Positions 26,854 through 39,398 of a stretch of DNA of 64,000 nucleotides are shown in pieces; position 1 is the stretch's first letter; each line of letters starts with the position of its first letter. The position numbers and the translations under genes are program-made. The stretch lies in NCBI GenBank assembly GCA_053919585.1, contig CM132785.1; one strand, 5' to 3'. The DNA is from Euprymna scolopes. Its lineage: Eukaryota. The notes under the pieces were generated by a model. The model was not told where the DNA came from. It saw only the letters and a program-made list of their open reading frames with translations, and ran no database searches.

Positions 26854-27769
26854 TTTGATGATTTGTATGTTGATAGCAAAGAATGCGTGATTATTTGCAG
26901 TCTATGCGTGTCTGACATTTTGCGAGATTAGGTCGAACTTGATTCAAATTTGAATCGATCTTAATTTCGTTGCTCTTAACGTTGGTAAATTTACAGACGT
27001 CGAAATTTGTGTTCACGCGAAATAAAGGACTAAATGACCTCGAACTGTTAATGCTACGAGAAAAGATTTAACAAGCGTCTCTGTTATTCTTAGCTGTTTC
27101 CAAACGGTACTCTATTTTATTGTCTGTTTTTGCGCCCCTTGGCCATGGATTTTAGTCTATTATTTTTAAAATAGGTTGACTGCACGAATAGAACAGTCTA
27201 CAGAACTGACTATTACATCCTCGACAAAAATCGTCTCAAAGACATTTCTTTATATAGTAGCAAATACTCTATGTGTTTAACGAAGTGTTTTATTAGTATT
27301 TAAATCTAGAAGAGCGCGTGGAAATTCTGCCGAACGAGAAATATATTTAATCAACAAATATGGTTTGATAAAACTAATACCTTTCTGGATAGTTTAAAAT
27401 TAATCTTGCGGAGAGAAAAACCACGCAACAAATATGAGTTTATCAACATTTATATAAAAATAGGGTTCGTTGTATTTTAAATATAGAACTGCTCCAAATG
27501 AGATAAATTGATAAGTACTAATAAAAGCTCAGAAAATAATATTGTGCTACAAAGTTCAATAAAAAAATTAAAAAATAATAAAATCACATTGTAAGAGAAA
27601 ATATTTAATTTATTCATTCAGTCCAGCACCTCTTGTCAGACAATGTTCTTTTTTTCTGTTTCTTTCGAAGGTTCCATTTTTATGAAGCGTTTTGCTGGTC
27701 TCTTTCTTCGGCGGAGAACCGCAGAACGTCGAAATTGCTGCGAGTTCTTTGCTCACAATATTATAGATT

Positions 27770-29375
27770 TTTTTTTTTACATAGGCGTCACCACTTATCA
27801 AGGCCGATAAGCCACTCAAGGATAAGGGTTAAAGAGTGTACAGTAGTCAAAAGCACAATAAAGTAATCGATAGTAATGGAAGTTCGGTAAATTTGTTAAC
27901 TTAAGTGGAACAGCTCATCAGAAACTTGTTCACGTTGGACTTGAAGACAACCGTATTATAGACAGCTGGAAAGCAGGAAAACGGAAGACAATTCCACAGG
28001 CGTATGCAGTTCTAAGAAAGAAGCTTTGATCATGGAATCTATGTTTAGGTTTAGGCACAGATAAAGAGTGGGGAGAATTATTGATAGTGTTTTCAGCTAG
28101 TCGAGTGTTTCTTGTGAAAGTTTGGCGAGGGGGGCCATAGATTGAAGCTCAGTCGAACACTTTCCATGAAAATAACGATAAAGCAAAGACAAACTCGCAA
28201 CATCTCTTCTGTGAGATAGAGGTTGCAGCGAAGAGAAAATGACATCTCCCACCAGGCCACGAAGTCTATTTTGAACTCTATCAAGGCAGGAAAAGTCTTT
28301 TCTAGCAGCTCCTGTCCATATGTGGCAACAGTATTCCATCCGTGGACGTATCTGTCTCTTATATAGATAGAGAATAGCATCAGCAGTGAGATATCTATTG
28401 GATCGATAGAAGGATCCCACCATTTTTCCAGCGGCCCTGGCAACAGATTTGATGTACGTATTCCATTTAAGATCAGGAGTAATGGTCAAGCCCAGAAGCC
28501 TGTCAAAACTTGAGGCCTCCCCAAGACGAGACCCATTCATTTTAATTGATGCCAGATGATGTAAAGATAGAAGCTTGGTTTTAGATGCATTAAAAGTAAC
28601 CAGCCACTCCTTTCCCCATTGTACAACGTGCTCAAGATCAGAGGAGAGAGAATCGGAGAGAACTTGGTCGTTTACTGTCTTAGATGTGCTACCATAGATG
28701 GTAGTGCCGTCAGCAAAAATGTCTACGAATGATGTAAGGATGTGATTTGGAAGATCATTAATGTAGATCAGGAAAAGAGTTGGGCCCAGGATGGACCCCT
28801 GAGGGACTGCAGCATTTATACTGTGAGCTTCTGATTTTTGCCCATCAACTACTACTCTTATGAACCTATCGGAGAGAAATGATTTAATAATTGAGAAGAC
28901 ATTTCCAGCTATACCATAGCTGGAGATCTTGTGAAGTAAACCTTTATGCCATACCCTATCAAAGGCCTTAGATATGTCAAGAGCAATTGCCCTAGAAAGG
29001 AAGCCTTTGTCAAGAGATTCATTAATCCTATGAGATATAACCGTTAGCATATCTGCGGTAGATCTTGCAGAACGGAAACCATATTGTGTGTCGCTAAGAA
29101 GGTTATTTCTGCTGAGGTGGTTGATTATTTCTCTATTTAATATAAATTCCAGCAGCTTCCTCATGACATTCAGGAGACTTATTGGTCTGTACTGAGAGGG
29201 AGATGACTTATTATCTGAGTCCTTAAATACAGGGCATACAGATGAGGTTTTCCAGGGTGTTGGAAAGCACTTCTCCTTAAGGCAACGTTTAAACAGTTTT
29301 GTAAGTATGGGCGCTAGTTCTGGTTGAAGTTTTTTTAGTACTATAATTGGAATACCGTCAGGGTCAGTGATCATA
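27770..29375 (-). mobile_element. 5'-truncated LINE family A copy
   Basis: RT ORF plus 3' UTR stem-loop and poly(A), read as a T run at about 27770. Confidence 0.95.
28097..29374 (-). pseudogene. LINE reverse transcriptase, inactivated
   Basis: QYGFR, LDISKAFD, PQGSILGP; catalytic motif reads FADG instead of YADD; small deletion and terminal frameshift. Confidence 0.9.
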
Positions 29376-29902
29376 TTTAATTATTTATTTGCGGATTGTA
29401 ATCCTTGTTTTCATAGTTGTTGATGTTGTTTCACAAAAAAAACAGTGATCGTATATTATTATAATAATATAAATTATAATGTTAAAAAACAGTGACCATA
29501 TACGTATAATTATAAAGATATTCGAAAACGAGGCTACGTCAAACGAAGATCACTTTCATAGTCTTGTCCAGGGTTGCTAGTTTGGTCTTTTTAAACCCAA
29601 ATATTGCGAGTTTGACCTATTTTGAAGTAGTTTGGCCTTCAAAAGTTGTATTTGACCTTTTTTAATGCGTAATGTACTGATTAACTAAGGAAGGAACATG
29701 CTGAATATTATATAGATGCGTCGTAGTGTTAAGGAATACGTGCTATTATCATATTATATTATATGTTATATGTAGGAATACGAGTTATTATTATATTATA
29801 TGTTATTATAATTCCCATTATCTGTAAATAAATGTAATGATCGGTGCTATTTAACACACTAATCCTTTTTTAATAATGTATACACACGAAATCTTTATTA
29901 TA

Positions 29903-31636
29903 AACCCTATGCGACGAAGGCCATCAACTCCCCATATTTCCTCCTATAACACAGAACAAGCTAGGTAACATACAAATATCCGTGCAGGAGGTCGCCAAAC
30001 TAATAAAGAACCTAGATTCCAGTAAAGCAACTGGCCCTGATGGCATCCCAATTATAGTGTTAAAAAAGCTTCAACCAGAACTTGCTCCCATACTTACGAA
30101 ACTATTTAAGCGCTGCCTTAAGGAGAAGTGCTTTCCGACTCCCTGGAAGACCTCTTCAGTTTGCCCTATATTTAAGAATTCAGGTGATAAGTCATCTCCC
30201 TCTCAATACAGACATATAAGTCTCCTGTGTGTTATGAGTAAGTTGCTGGAATACATATTAAATAGAGAAATAGTCAACCACCTCAGCAGGAATAACCTTC
30301 TTAGTGACACACAATATGGTTTCCGCTCTTCAAGATCTACCGCAGATGTGCTGACGGTTATATCCCACAGGATAAGTGAATCTCTTGACAAAGGCTTCCT
30401 TTCTAGGGCAATTGCTCTTGACATATCAAAGGCCTTTGACAAGGTATGGCATAAGGGTCTACTTCACAAGATTTCCAGCTACGGTATAACGGGAAATGTT
30501 TTCTCAATCATTAAATCATTTCTCTCCGATAGGCTCATAAGAGTAGTGGTCGATGGACAAAAATCGGAGGCCTGCAATATAAATGCTGGAGTCCCTCAGG
30601 GGTCAATCCTGGGCCCAACTCTCTTCCTGATCTACATCAATGACCTCCCTAAACACATACTTAAATCATTCGTTGACATCTATGCTGATGACACAACTAT
30701 CTACAGCAACACATCAAAGGCTGTAAATGACAAAGTTCTCTCTGATTCTCTCTCCTCTGATCTCGAGCGCGTGGTTCAGTGGGGGAAGATGTGGCTGGTT
30801 ACCTTTAATGCATCCAAAACCAAACTCCTATCCTTACATCATCAACGCTCTGATCCCCGGCTGGCATCAATTGTGATGGATGGCTCTCGTCTGGGTGAGG
30901 TTCCGTGTTTTGACAAGCTTCTGGGTTTGACCTTTACTCCTGATCTGAAATGGAACACGTACATCAAGTCTGTTGCCAAGGTCGCTGGAAAGATGGTGGG
31001 ATCCTTCTACCGCTCGAGAAGATATCTCACTACTGATGCAATTCTCTATCTATATAAAAGCCAAGTACGTCCAAGGATGGAATACTGTTGCCATATCTGG
31101 GCAGGAGCTGCTAAAAACAGCCTATCCTGCCTTGACAGAGTACAAAATAGACTTCGTGGCTTAGTGGGGGATGCCCTTTTCTCTACCCTGCAACCTCTCT
31201 CCCACAGAAGAGACGTTGCGAGCCTATCCTTGTTTTATCGTTATTTCCATGGCAGATGCTCGTCTGAACTCCAATCTCTGGTCCCCCCTCGCCAATCTTT
31301 CACGAAAAACACCCGTCTAGCTGAATCCACTCTGAAAAATTTCCCCCACTCTATATCTGTGCCTAAATCAAAACGCGGATTCCATGAACAAAGCTTCTTT
31401 CTTAGAACTGCACGCCTGTGGAACTCTGTTCCATCTGCCTGCTTCCCTCCGGACTACAACTTGGATGTCTTCAAGTCCAATGTTAACAAATTCCTAATGA
31501 ACCGCCCCCTTAAGTAAACACTTCAGCAAATCTCCTCACTAACTTAATGTACTTGCAATAAGCCTTATCCCTGAGTGGCTTCCGGGCCTTGATAAGTGGT
31601 GATCACTGTGTAAAAAAAAAAAAAAAAAAAAAAAAA
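29903..31636 (+). mobile_element. 5'-truncated, young LINE family A copy (CR1/L2 group, CR1-Zenon-like C-terminus)
   Basis: Uninterrupted RT ORF, 3' UTR cttatccctgagtggcttccgggccttgataag, pure poly(A) at 31612-31636. Confidence 0.96.
29982..31517 (+). CDS. Non-LTR retrotransposon reverse transcriptase (ORF2 C-terminal part; no endonuclease; start is an artefact of truncation)
   Basis: KATGPDGIP, QYGFR, LDISKAFDKV, GVPQGSILGP, YADD, LLGL, RPRMEYCCHIW. Confidence 0.93.
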   Translation: MQEVAKLIKNLDSSKATGPDGIPIIVLKKLQPELAPILTKLFKRCLKEKCFPTPWKTSSVCPIFKNSGDKSSPSQYRHISLLCVMSKLLEYILNREIVNHLSRNNLLSDTQYGFRSSRSTADVLTVISHRISESLDKGFLSRAIALDISKAFDKVWHKGLLHKISSYGITGNVFSIIKSFLSDRLIRVVVDGQKSEACNINAGVPQGSILGPTLFLIYINDLPKHILKSFVDIYADDTTIYSNTSKAVNDKVLSDSLSSDLERVVQWGKMWLVTFNASKTKLLSLHHQRSDPRLASIVMDGSRLGEVPCFDKLLGLTFTPDLKWNTYIKSVAKVAGKMVGSFYRSRRYLTTDAILYLYKSQVRPRMEYCCHIWAGAAKNSLSCLDRVQNRLRGLVGDALFSTLQPLSHRRDVASLSLFYRYFHGRCSSELQSLVPPRQSFTKNTRLAESTLKNFPHSISVPKSKRGFHEQSFFLRTARLWNSVPSACFPPDYNLDVFKSNVNKFLMNRPLK

Positions 31637-34116
31637 GGATAACAAATACATATTTATTTGGCAAATTTGATCTACCAACTTGGAGATCAGTGACGACAAT
31701 AAAAATAGTTCTGCATTTTTTTAGATGAGCATTGACAATCTGTATTATGACGGCGGTGTTTGTTAGATTCACAGCGTTTCTATCTAGCATTTTTAACAAT
31801 CTTCAATAAAAAAAAAACAGTTAAAAATAAATATGCTGCAAGTAAATGTTACCAAAGGCAAGAAAACTTTATCTTCTACTTACCTAGATAAGTGTTTTGT
31901 GCGTTAACTTATTTTAAAGCGGTCTTTATTTTGTTTTTGTTAAAGAAGAAAACTAAAGTAGTGTCACTTCTGCTGTTAGAATGGAAATAAATGGCGGTGT
32001 CCTTGCAGCCATGTTCAGCCTCGATATGTGCTCAAAAATCGAAAATTAAACAAAACACAATGGTAAGATGTTACATTTTCGCATGATTAGTAACATTTAT
32101 TGTGTGTGTTTCTATAAAAACATACGATAAATGGAATAGATATAGTGCAATAATTAATTTTATCCGATACCTCCCAAATCTGAAATTATCTTTCTTTGTT
32201 AGAACTCTCTTGGCATTCTGATATGTATAAAAAAGTTCATGTTTACTTGTGTAAGTTTATTAAAGCTTCATAAGCTATTTTGTATCAATAGTTATCTGCG
32301 TTTATATGTATAAGCTTATTAAATCTTAATAAGCTTGTTTGCGTTCCCACACTGCTATTAAATATATGTTTCTTTCTTTAGATTAAATTGGAATGTACTT
32401 CTGTTGTTACAATTGCCATCATGATTTTTTTTCCATATGAAGAAGCCCCATTGCTATGATAATTGAAGCCGCAACCATTATTAGCTTCCTTCCTGACAGC
32501 GGATGAAGTAATATACTATGAATCTTCTTGTTATCAATGTAATATTTATTTGCATTGTTACTCGGTACGCAACTGTGAACCGAAACGTTAGAGGCGGGAA
32601 AAGCATGTGCACACAAAAGATACGCCGGGATAATGGAAATCAAATTGTGGGTGTATAACAAAGAAAACAGGAAATTCTGCCAAGTATAAAAGCTGATGTA
32701 AATTATGACCAATCGCAAGCGACTAATCACTTCACTGCGGATTTGCACCGGAAATGGGAAACAAAATAAAGGGTTTATTGGTAGATATAGTTTTTAATTT
32801 ATATATATTTCTTTTACTTTTTGAAAACGACAAATCAATGGTAATGTGTGCACGTGTTTCATTATCTAAACCTTTTTTTTTTTGCTATCAACCATATTTT
32901 ACGATTGTGCGTGCGAGTATGTTTTCTATATTCTGCGAAACGAAGATTTAATGCAAAATAAAAAACATTTGTAAAGGGAAACGAGAGGAACGAAACAAAA
33001 TAACTGACAAAAGCCAATGCCTGCATCAGGGAAACATGTCATGATTATTAANNNNNNNNNNNNNNNNNNNNNNNNNNNNNNNNNNNNNNNNNNNNNNNNN
33101 NNNNNNNNNNNNNNNNNNNNNNNNNNNNNNNNNNNNNNNNNNNNNNNNNNNNNNNNNNNNNNNNNNNNNNNNNNNNNNNNNNNNNNNNNNNNNNNNNNNN
33201 NNNNNNNNNNNNNNNNNGTACATAATATTCATGCTATATATTAAATATCTTATCCTAATACTTCTGACTGACATATTAAATAATAGCAATATCACTCAAA
33301 GTTACAACATCAAATAATAATTCGATCAGTAACATAGATCCACCCTATAACTGAGGTATTAATACTAATACTTCAATTCGTTCTAATATTGACAACATCA
33401 CTCATAACAAATTAGAGACACTGTTTAAACTTCATACTTATATTGCGTCTTCGTCCATCCCTGTGAAATGGTGCATTTTAAACCATAAACAAGTCCTTTC
33501 AATAACGAAAACAATGATAAAAATTTTAGAATTCCCGTTCTGTTTCTTGCTTTCTTGGCTTTACTAATATGTAGAAGTTTAAATGTAACCGAAATCCCTA
33601 CATAGTTCTCTGTAAACATGGTCCCAATAAGTAGTCCCTCACGTTGGTTGGGGTAAAAAATACTAAAATAGGTATCTACATATATGCAGACATATGCATT
33701 ATTTATCCTCCTATATAAAAACTAGCTGGACGCCCGGCGTTGCCCGGTCGTACAATACGCTTAAACATATTTTAATTTATGCAGATTGCATATGTATTAT
33801 TATAGAATCAATCATCTATTGAATATTATATATAACGAGGAATAATTGTTCCTGATGGATTAATTCGCAGAAAATATTTTTAAAAAATGCTTTTAATATA
33901 ATGATAATGGCGTTCATCAAATTCTCTTGTTGTTTGTTTACAGTATCACGTCAGCTGACATGTGGTTTGACGATGAATGGCCTGAAAAAGTCACTTCTAA
34001 TTAATGTTTAGTATCAAAATATGCAAACGAAGAAATGATTTGCGGCGATTTTAAATAGTACCTCTTCTTTTATCGTAAAATGAACTTATCAATAAGAACA
34101 AAGTAACATGAAATGG

Positions 34117-34171
34117 TGAGGTACACCCAGAATTGAACAGAGAATCATTCGACCTATAGTCGAATGCTCTA
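34117..34171 (-). pseudogene. 3' portion of a degenerate tRNA-Cys-like gene
   Basis: tagagcattcga-ct ata gg-tcgaa...ctctg ttcaatt ctggg tgtacctc; perfect anticodon stem; resembles the metazoan tRNA-Cys segment AGAGCATTCGACT. Confidence 0.7.
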
Positions 34172-34347
34172 AAAAGGCTCCTTCAGTCTTTTACAGACTA
34201 TGGATACCCACGAAGGGGTGCCTGCGCATGAAATTTTTGTAGCAGGAGGCGCGCAATTTCCAACCAGACATCTCTTGAGTCGCAATTGTTAAATACCAAT
34301 GGCAAGTAAAGTATATGTACAAGACGACTGGAAACTAATGCCGAGAT

Positions 34348-34464
34348 AACATACAGCGCCTAGAATTTCCAAATAATCACCCATCTGGTACTAATCAGGC
34401 ACAACGTTGCTTAACTTCGGTGATCTGACGAAAACCGGTATCTCAACGCGATTATGCCGCCAAC
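34348..34464 (-). pseudogene. Degenerate full-length 5S rRNA-derived sequence
   Basis: accggttttcgtcagatcaccgaagttaagcaacg...ttagtaccagatgggtga...gcgctgta follows metazoan 5S rRNA colinearly. Confidence 0.88.
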
Positions 34465-34476
34465 CGTGTGTCAACG

Positions 34477-34505
34477 CGAATACTCTACCACTGAGCTATA
34501 TAACC
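34477..34505 (-). pseudogene. 5' portion of the same tRNA-Cys-like gene
   Basis: ggttatatagctcagtggtagagtattcg (A box TAGCTCAGTGG). Confidence 0.7.
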
Positions 34506-35910
34506 AGACGGCAATAAATCTAGGAGGTTTTAAGAAGAAATGATTTGCTGAGATTTTAATTCTTTTCTTTTGGCCGGTGTAATGGAAAATATTTCCCTTT
34601 AAAAATTATTTTATCTATAAGAAAGAAACAGTATTTTTAGGATCGGATTTTTCGATTCTTGATATTTATCGCATGAATTTCTGTACAAAACATATCTAAG
34701 AACACTGCCAGACATATAATTTGGCTTTGTGTGAATTTTACAAAGGATAGACTCAACCGTTTCGAAACATATAAGGAACTCACACACACAAATGTACTTT
34801 TATATAATAGTAGAGCTAGTGACGGTGATAGAGATTACATTTGTAATATCTATGATTCTGAGACCTTGAAAATCATTTATAAACTGAATTATGTGTTTCT
34901 AAAGACGAATATTCTGAAAGTAAAAGTCTGAAAATATGTTATCCAACAACGAGGGAACGCTAAGATGTCTTATAAAGAAAGTAAGTCCTTGTTGAAAGCT
35001 TTGGTAAATGTCCGAAACAGGGCATGTGTAAATGTGTATGTCCGTGTTAGCAATCGACGAAGGAGATATCTGCAAGTACTTATACTGGTTTCATTACTTG
35101 CTTTGAATTAATCTTTCCTTTTACTGTATATGTGCGCATAACCGCCGTTGAATATCTGCCTGTGGATAGCTTTGCATATACGCGTGGATACTTGTGCGTG
35201 TATCGCTTTATACTTGTACGTTAATACATCGCTTTTTTATTTATTTTATTTAAATGTGTTTTGTAATTATGTGTCTGTTTACTTCTATGTCGAAGTGTTT
35301 AATATCGTTTTCATTCGTCTTCTGTTCTGGACTCTTACTCAGCCAGGTCCTTCGGATTTCAATATCCTTTTGACGAAGAGGTGTCGTTTTTTCCCGGAGG
35401 CTATGTGAACAACTTGAGAAGCGATCGCTATGAGTAACTGTTGCGCGTTGTTCAATGGCATGAGAACAAATAGATGGACAACTGAGAGGATTCGATGAAG
35501 ATTAATGAGAAAAAATGAACACAAGAAGTGAAGAGGGAATAAAAAGAAGAGATGGAAAACAAAATTATATAAAGGAAAAAAAGGAAAAAAAGAATGAAAG
35601 AAGGGAATGTGCCTGAAAAAGACGAGTGACAGAGAGAAAAAAATTGAAAGAAATATATTCATGGTTTATGCAATGTCAGAAGAGAAAAAGAAAAAGTTCG
35701 AAATAAGGGAAGTAAAGAAATGCCTGGAAGAAAACTCCATTTTGTATGAAATAAATAAAAAAATAATGAGTAAACAAAATCTTTATAGCGTTAGGTATAT
35801 TTATATGTTTATATATTTTTATGTACAGGATTAAACCCTAAAATAATTAACTGATCATTATGTATTTTCTGACAATGTGCTAGGCTAAAGGGGTTCAAAT
35901 ATATTTTATA

Positions 35911-36205
35911 TCTACTTATATATAAAAGGCACTTTTTCTGTATATGAGTTCGTCTCTGTAGACTCCGAAACGACTGGGCCGATATTTTTGATATTTCACA
36001 CACTGGGAGTGTTTTTAGATAGGTTTGCTATCGAAATGGCTTCCGAAAATCTCAAAATTTATAATCAAATAGACTTCGATTAAAGAAGAAAAGTCCCATT
36101 TTGACCAAAGTTAATGCCCTTATAAAGCCTAAGATAATAAGTGCATCTAAAAAGTGTTATCACCGCACAAGCAGAAAGGCCCAGGTAGGTTCTTTGATAA
36201 GCTAG
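35911..36205 (+). mobile_element. Short Helitron-like element, family E
   Basis: 5' TCTACTTATATATAAAAGGCACTTT shared with 63496; candidate CTAG end. Confidence 0.55.
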
Positions 36206-37630
36206 AGGTGTGTTCGAAATGTTACTGTTCGAAATGTTTCTGTTTAGAGCACAATTAGACCATAGTACTTGAGTTTTGAATTTTAAACATTTATTCAAGT
36301 CGTATCAAAATAATTTTACGAAATTAACAATAGGTTCTGTGAGTAGGCATATGAAGCTTCCTCCCAATGCACCGCGACGGATCCTCAGCTAGATCAGGCA
36401 ATCAATCGATTTGTTTGAAAAATGAGCGATTTCACCAATGTTTATGATAATAAAAATATTTTAAATGTTGAACATTCGTTGATCCTCATTAAATCCCAAG
36501 CAATACCGAGTCTCCTTGCAAGTATTTAATATAATTTAGTGTCATGCAAAGGGAAAACACTTTGTTATTCATTGTGAACTCGTAAACAAAACGTATAAAA
36601 CATATATTAATATACATTGCCACATTTCTGTTTATTTGCAGCACATAAAATATGTTTTAAATGTTATATGTTATAATGTGTTTAAAATGTTATAATATGT
36701 TATAAAATGTTATAATATGTTATAATTTATATAAGTATAAAATAGATCAGCTTGCCTGCTTGGGTGTTTAAGCCGTACATCCAGGTCGAAAAATTCTGCG
36801 CATGCGAAAATTCATGAAAACAAAGCCATGACAGCTTTTTTTGAATCGGCAATTTTTTCGCGGTTAAAATATACAAATTAAAACAAAACTAAATCCCTTA
36901 AGCTTTTTTTTTCATCAGCATTTTACGAATTTTATCTGTATTTTTCATTGCAAGTTAGGATCGTTATCAAATAGTTAAAAACAAAAAAGCAAAGTTTATA
37001 ATATTTGGTAAAAATGATTCAGAGGACCAACTAAAGACTTGCCTTATAAAGCTTAATTTTTAGATGGCATTGCGCTTTTACCTAATGTTATAAACTTTTA
37101 TTTCAAATTGAAATCGTTTTCAATTGATTTTTATTTAAAAGAAACAATAATTTGAATCCGATCTGTGATTCTTCAGGAAATGCCACAAAAAGTTTTTAGT
37201 ACAATTCTTTTAATTTAAAAAAAAACACTAACAAGACTTGTTTTATATGCTAAACACATCGTTTTGTTATCATTTCTGACCGGTTCTACATTAATCAACC
37301 ATAGAATTTATGAAATGGAAAAAAGGGACCAATGACAAATTAATTCATAAGATTGTAGAAATTCAAATTCTACTTGTTGAAGTCCATTTCAGAAATGTTA
37401 CTTATCAAAAGTTACTGAAATAACTTCAATAATGAATTGTTTCGTATGTAAAAAAATTTTGAATCCATAGAAGGTACCTTGTACTGTCGGATGGTTGTGG
37501 TAATTAGTCAATTATTCATTCAGAGTTTATTAAATAAAACCAGAAAACGTTGACAGAAGTAAACAGTTAAGGCAGTTATGTCCAGTTTGCATAATGTTCA
37601 AGAGTGTATAAGTCTCTTTATAATAAATAG

Positions 37631-37676
<46 letters not shown>
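37631..37676 (+). repeat. (TAA)n microsatellite
   Basis: Direct reading. Confidence 0.95.
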
Positions 37677-37677
<1 letters not shown>

Positions 37678-37679
37678 CA

Positions 37680-38970
37680 ATTCACTACACCCAAAGAATG
37701 ATATTGAGCGAATGTGTAAATGATACAAAAAAAGGATTATAAAGATACATTACGCAGAATACCGAAATAATAATTACCGCAGCAAGTGACACTGAAAAAA
37801 CAAACAAGATAGAAAAAGAAGGGGCGAAGGATAAGACGAGAAAAGAAAAATGGAAAGAGAAACAGCTACAAAAAGGGAACCTAAACAGAGAAACTGAATC
37901 CCTAATAACAGCGATTAGAACAAACCACATAAAGCTAGGGTTGACAAGACGTAAGAAAACAGCAAATGCAAACTCTGTTGACAAAGGGATAAAACAATAA
38001 ACTACATAATAAGCGAATGCATCAAACTAGCCCCCCAAAAAATAAAAATAGACACGATTAAGTGAGAAAAGAGAATTATGCAGACAACTGCATCTTGAAT
38101 TCTCGTTCACATTTGTACAAGCACAGACCAGCGACAGTACTTGAAACTGAAAATCACAAAATTCTATGGGACATGGATATACAAAGAGATAAACGCATCC
38201 AAGTTTTCATAATATTTAACAAGAAGAAAAAGTTCTGCCAGACTGTAGATTTTGTCGTTCCAGTAGACCATAGAGTAACAATCAAGAGACAGAGGAGCTG
38301 AGCAAATACACGGAATTAGCAAGAGAGCTGAAAGGGATATGGAAGATAAAGAAATCAAGATAACACCACTAATAGTAGAACCCTTATCGCCAAGTGGCTT
38401 CTGGGCCTTGATAAGTGGAGACCTCCATGTAAAAAAAGAACTAGGAACAATACCGAAAACTTTGAAAAAAGAATGAGATAGATTGAAATTAGAGGAATAG
38501 CTGAGATACAATTTATAACGATAATGAAAACGAGTGAAATATTAAGAAAAACCCTTACATGCTGAAACCAACACACATGAAGTCGGACATATAGAACTGC
38601 TAAAGGTGTAAAACATAAAGAAACATCACATGGGACATAATTATAAGTTACCACGGCTTTCGGCTTTCGGCTTTGACCTCACCAATTTGTTATGTAGAAC
38701 CATAACTTGGCACCACACCAAAAGAGTGAGGAGAGTTAGGCAGGAAGGAAAGACAAGGAGAAAAAAACACTAACCAAACCTCTATTTAATCCCTGCGACG
38801 AGGACTTGGACCTTGGGAAAGCTTAATGTCACCCAAATTTCAGTGAAGACTAATGGTTGCTACCAACTAGAAATCAGTGATAAACGACTAGTGCGATAAC
38901 GCGCAAGCTAATTTGCCATGATTATGGAAAGAAATGGCGAGTACTAGAAAGTCACTCAGACTCCAGGGAA
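37680..38970 (+). mobile_element. Decayed R4/Dong-like non-LTR element adjacent to (TAA)n
   Basis: ETESLITA, ISECIKLA, ILWDMDIQRD, VDFVVPVDHRV, KYTELARELK, LGTIPK. Confidence 0.8.
38381..38437 (+). mobile_element. About 55-nt retrocopy of the LINE family A 3' stem-loop plus poly(A), inserted in the Dong-like element
   Basis: cccttatcgccaagtggcttctgggccttgataagtggagacctccatgtaaaaaaa. Confidence 0.8.
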
Positions 38971-38974
38971 CACC

Positions 38975-39398
38975 ACTAGGTCTAAACATTTGAATTTTAT
39001 ACATAGCGGGTATTCAGACATGCGCCAAGCATTTTAATCAGTTTTTGGGCGAAAATTTGGCTGCCAAAAGGTCAAAGTTGAAAGAATTGACCTTTGCAGT
39101 TGAAAGAATTGACCTTTGCAGATTCTACTAAATTCCACCACCATCTAAAGACTTGAATTTTAGATGTAGGTAACTTACACATAAGTGAAACTTTGTATTT
39201 GGATTTGATACCAAAACAATGAATGTAAAGGAGTCAAAACTGGAGTCAAAGTTAAAAAAAATTACCTCTGCGGTCTCTACGAAATTATTTAGACAGATTT
39301 TGGTCTAAGCATTTGAAATTTTACGTAAAGTGTATTCACACATAGGGCAAATTATGGACAGTACATAGGGCTCGACCAAAGCCGGGCTGAACTGTTAT
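38975..39398 (+). mobile_element. Helitron family C 3' part
   Basis: Colinear with 26390-26777. Confidence 0.7.

Larger units (their letters stand above)
33722..34814 (-). mobile_element. Non-autonomous Helitron, family B, carrying tRNA- and 5S-derived sequence
   Basis: 5' TCTACTATTATATAAAA; 3' hairpin ccgggcaacgccggg followed by CTAG|T. Confidence 0.85.

Noticed and set aside
34205-34262. Sm-site-like AATTTTTG with flanking GC-rich sequence suggesting a U1/snRNA 3' end
   Set aside because: No convincing colinear match to U1 or other snRNAs; lies antisense within the 5S-headed insert
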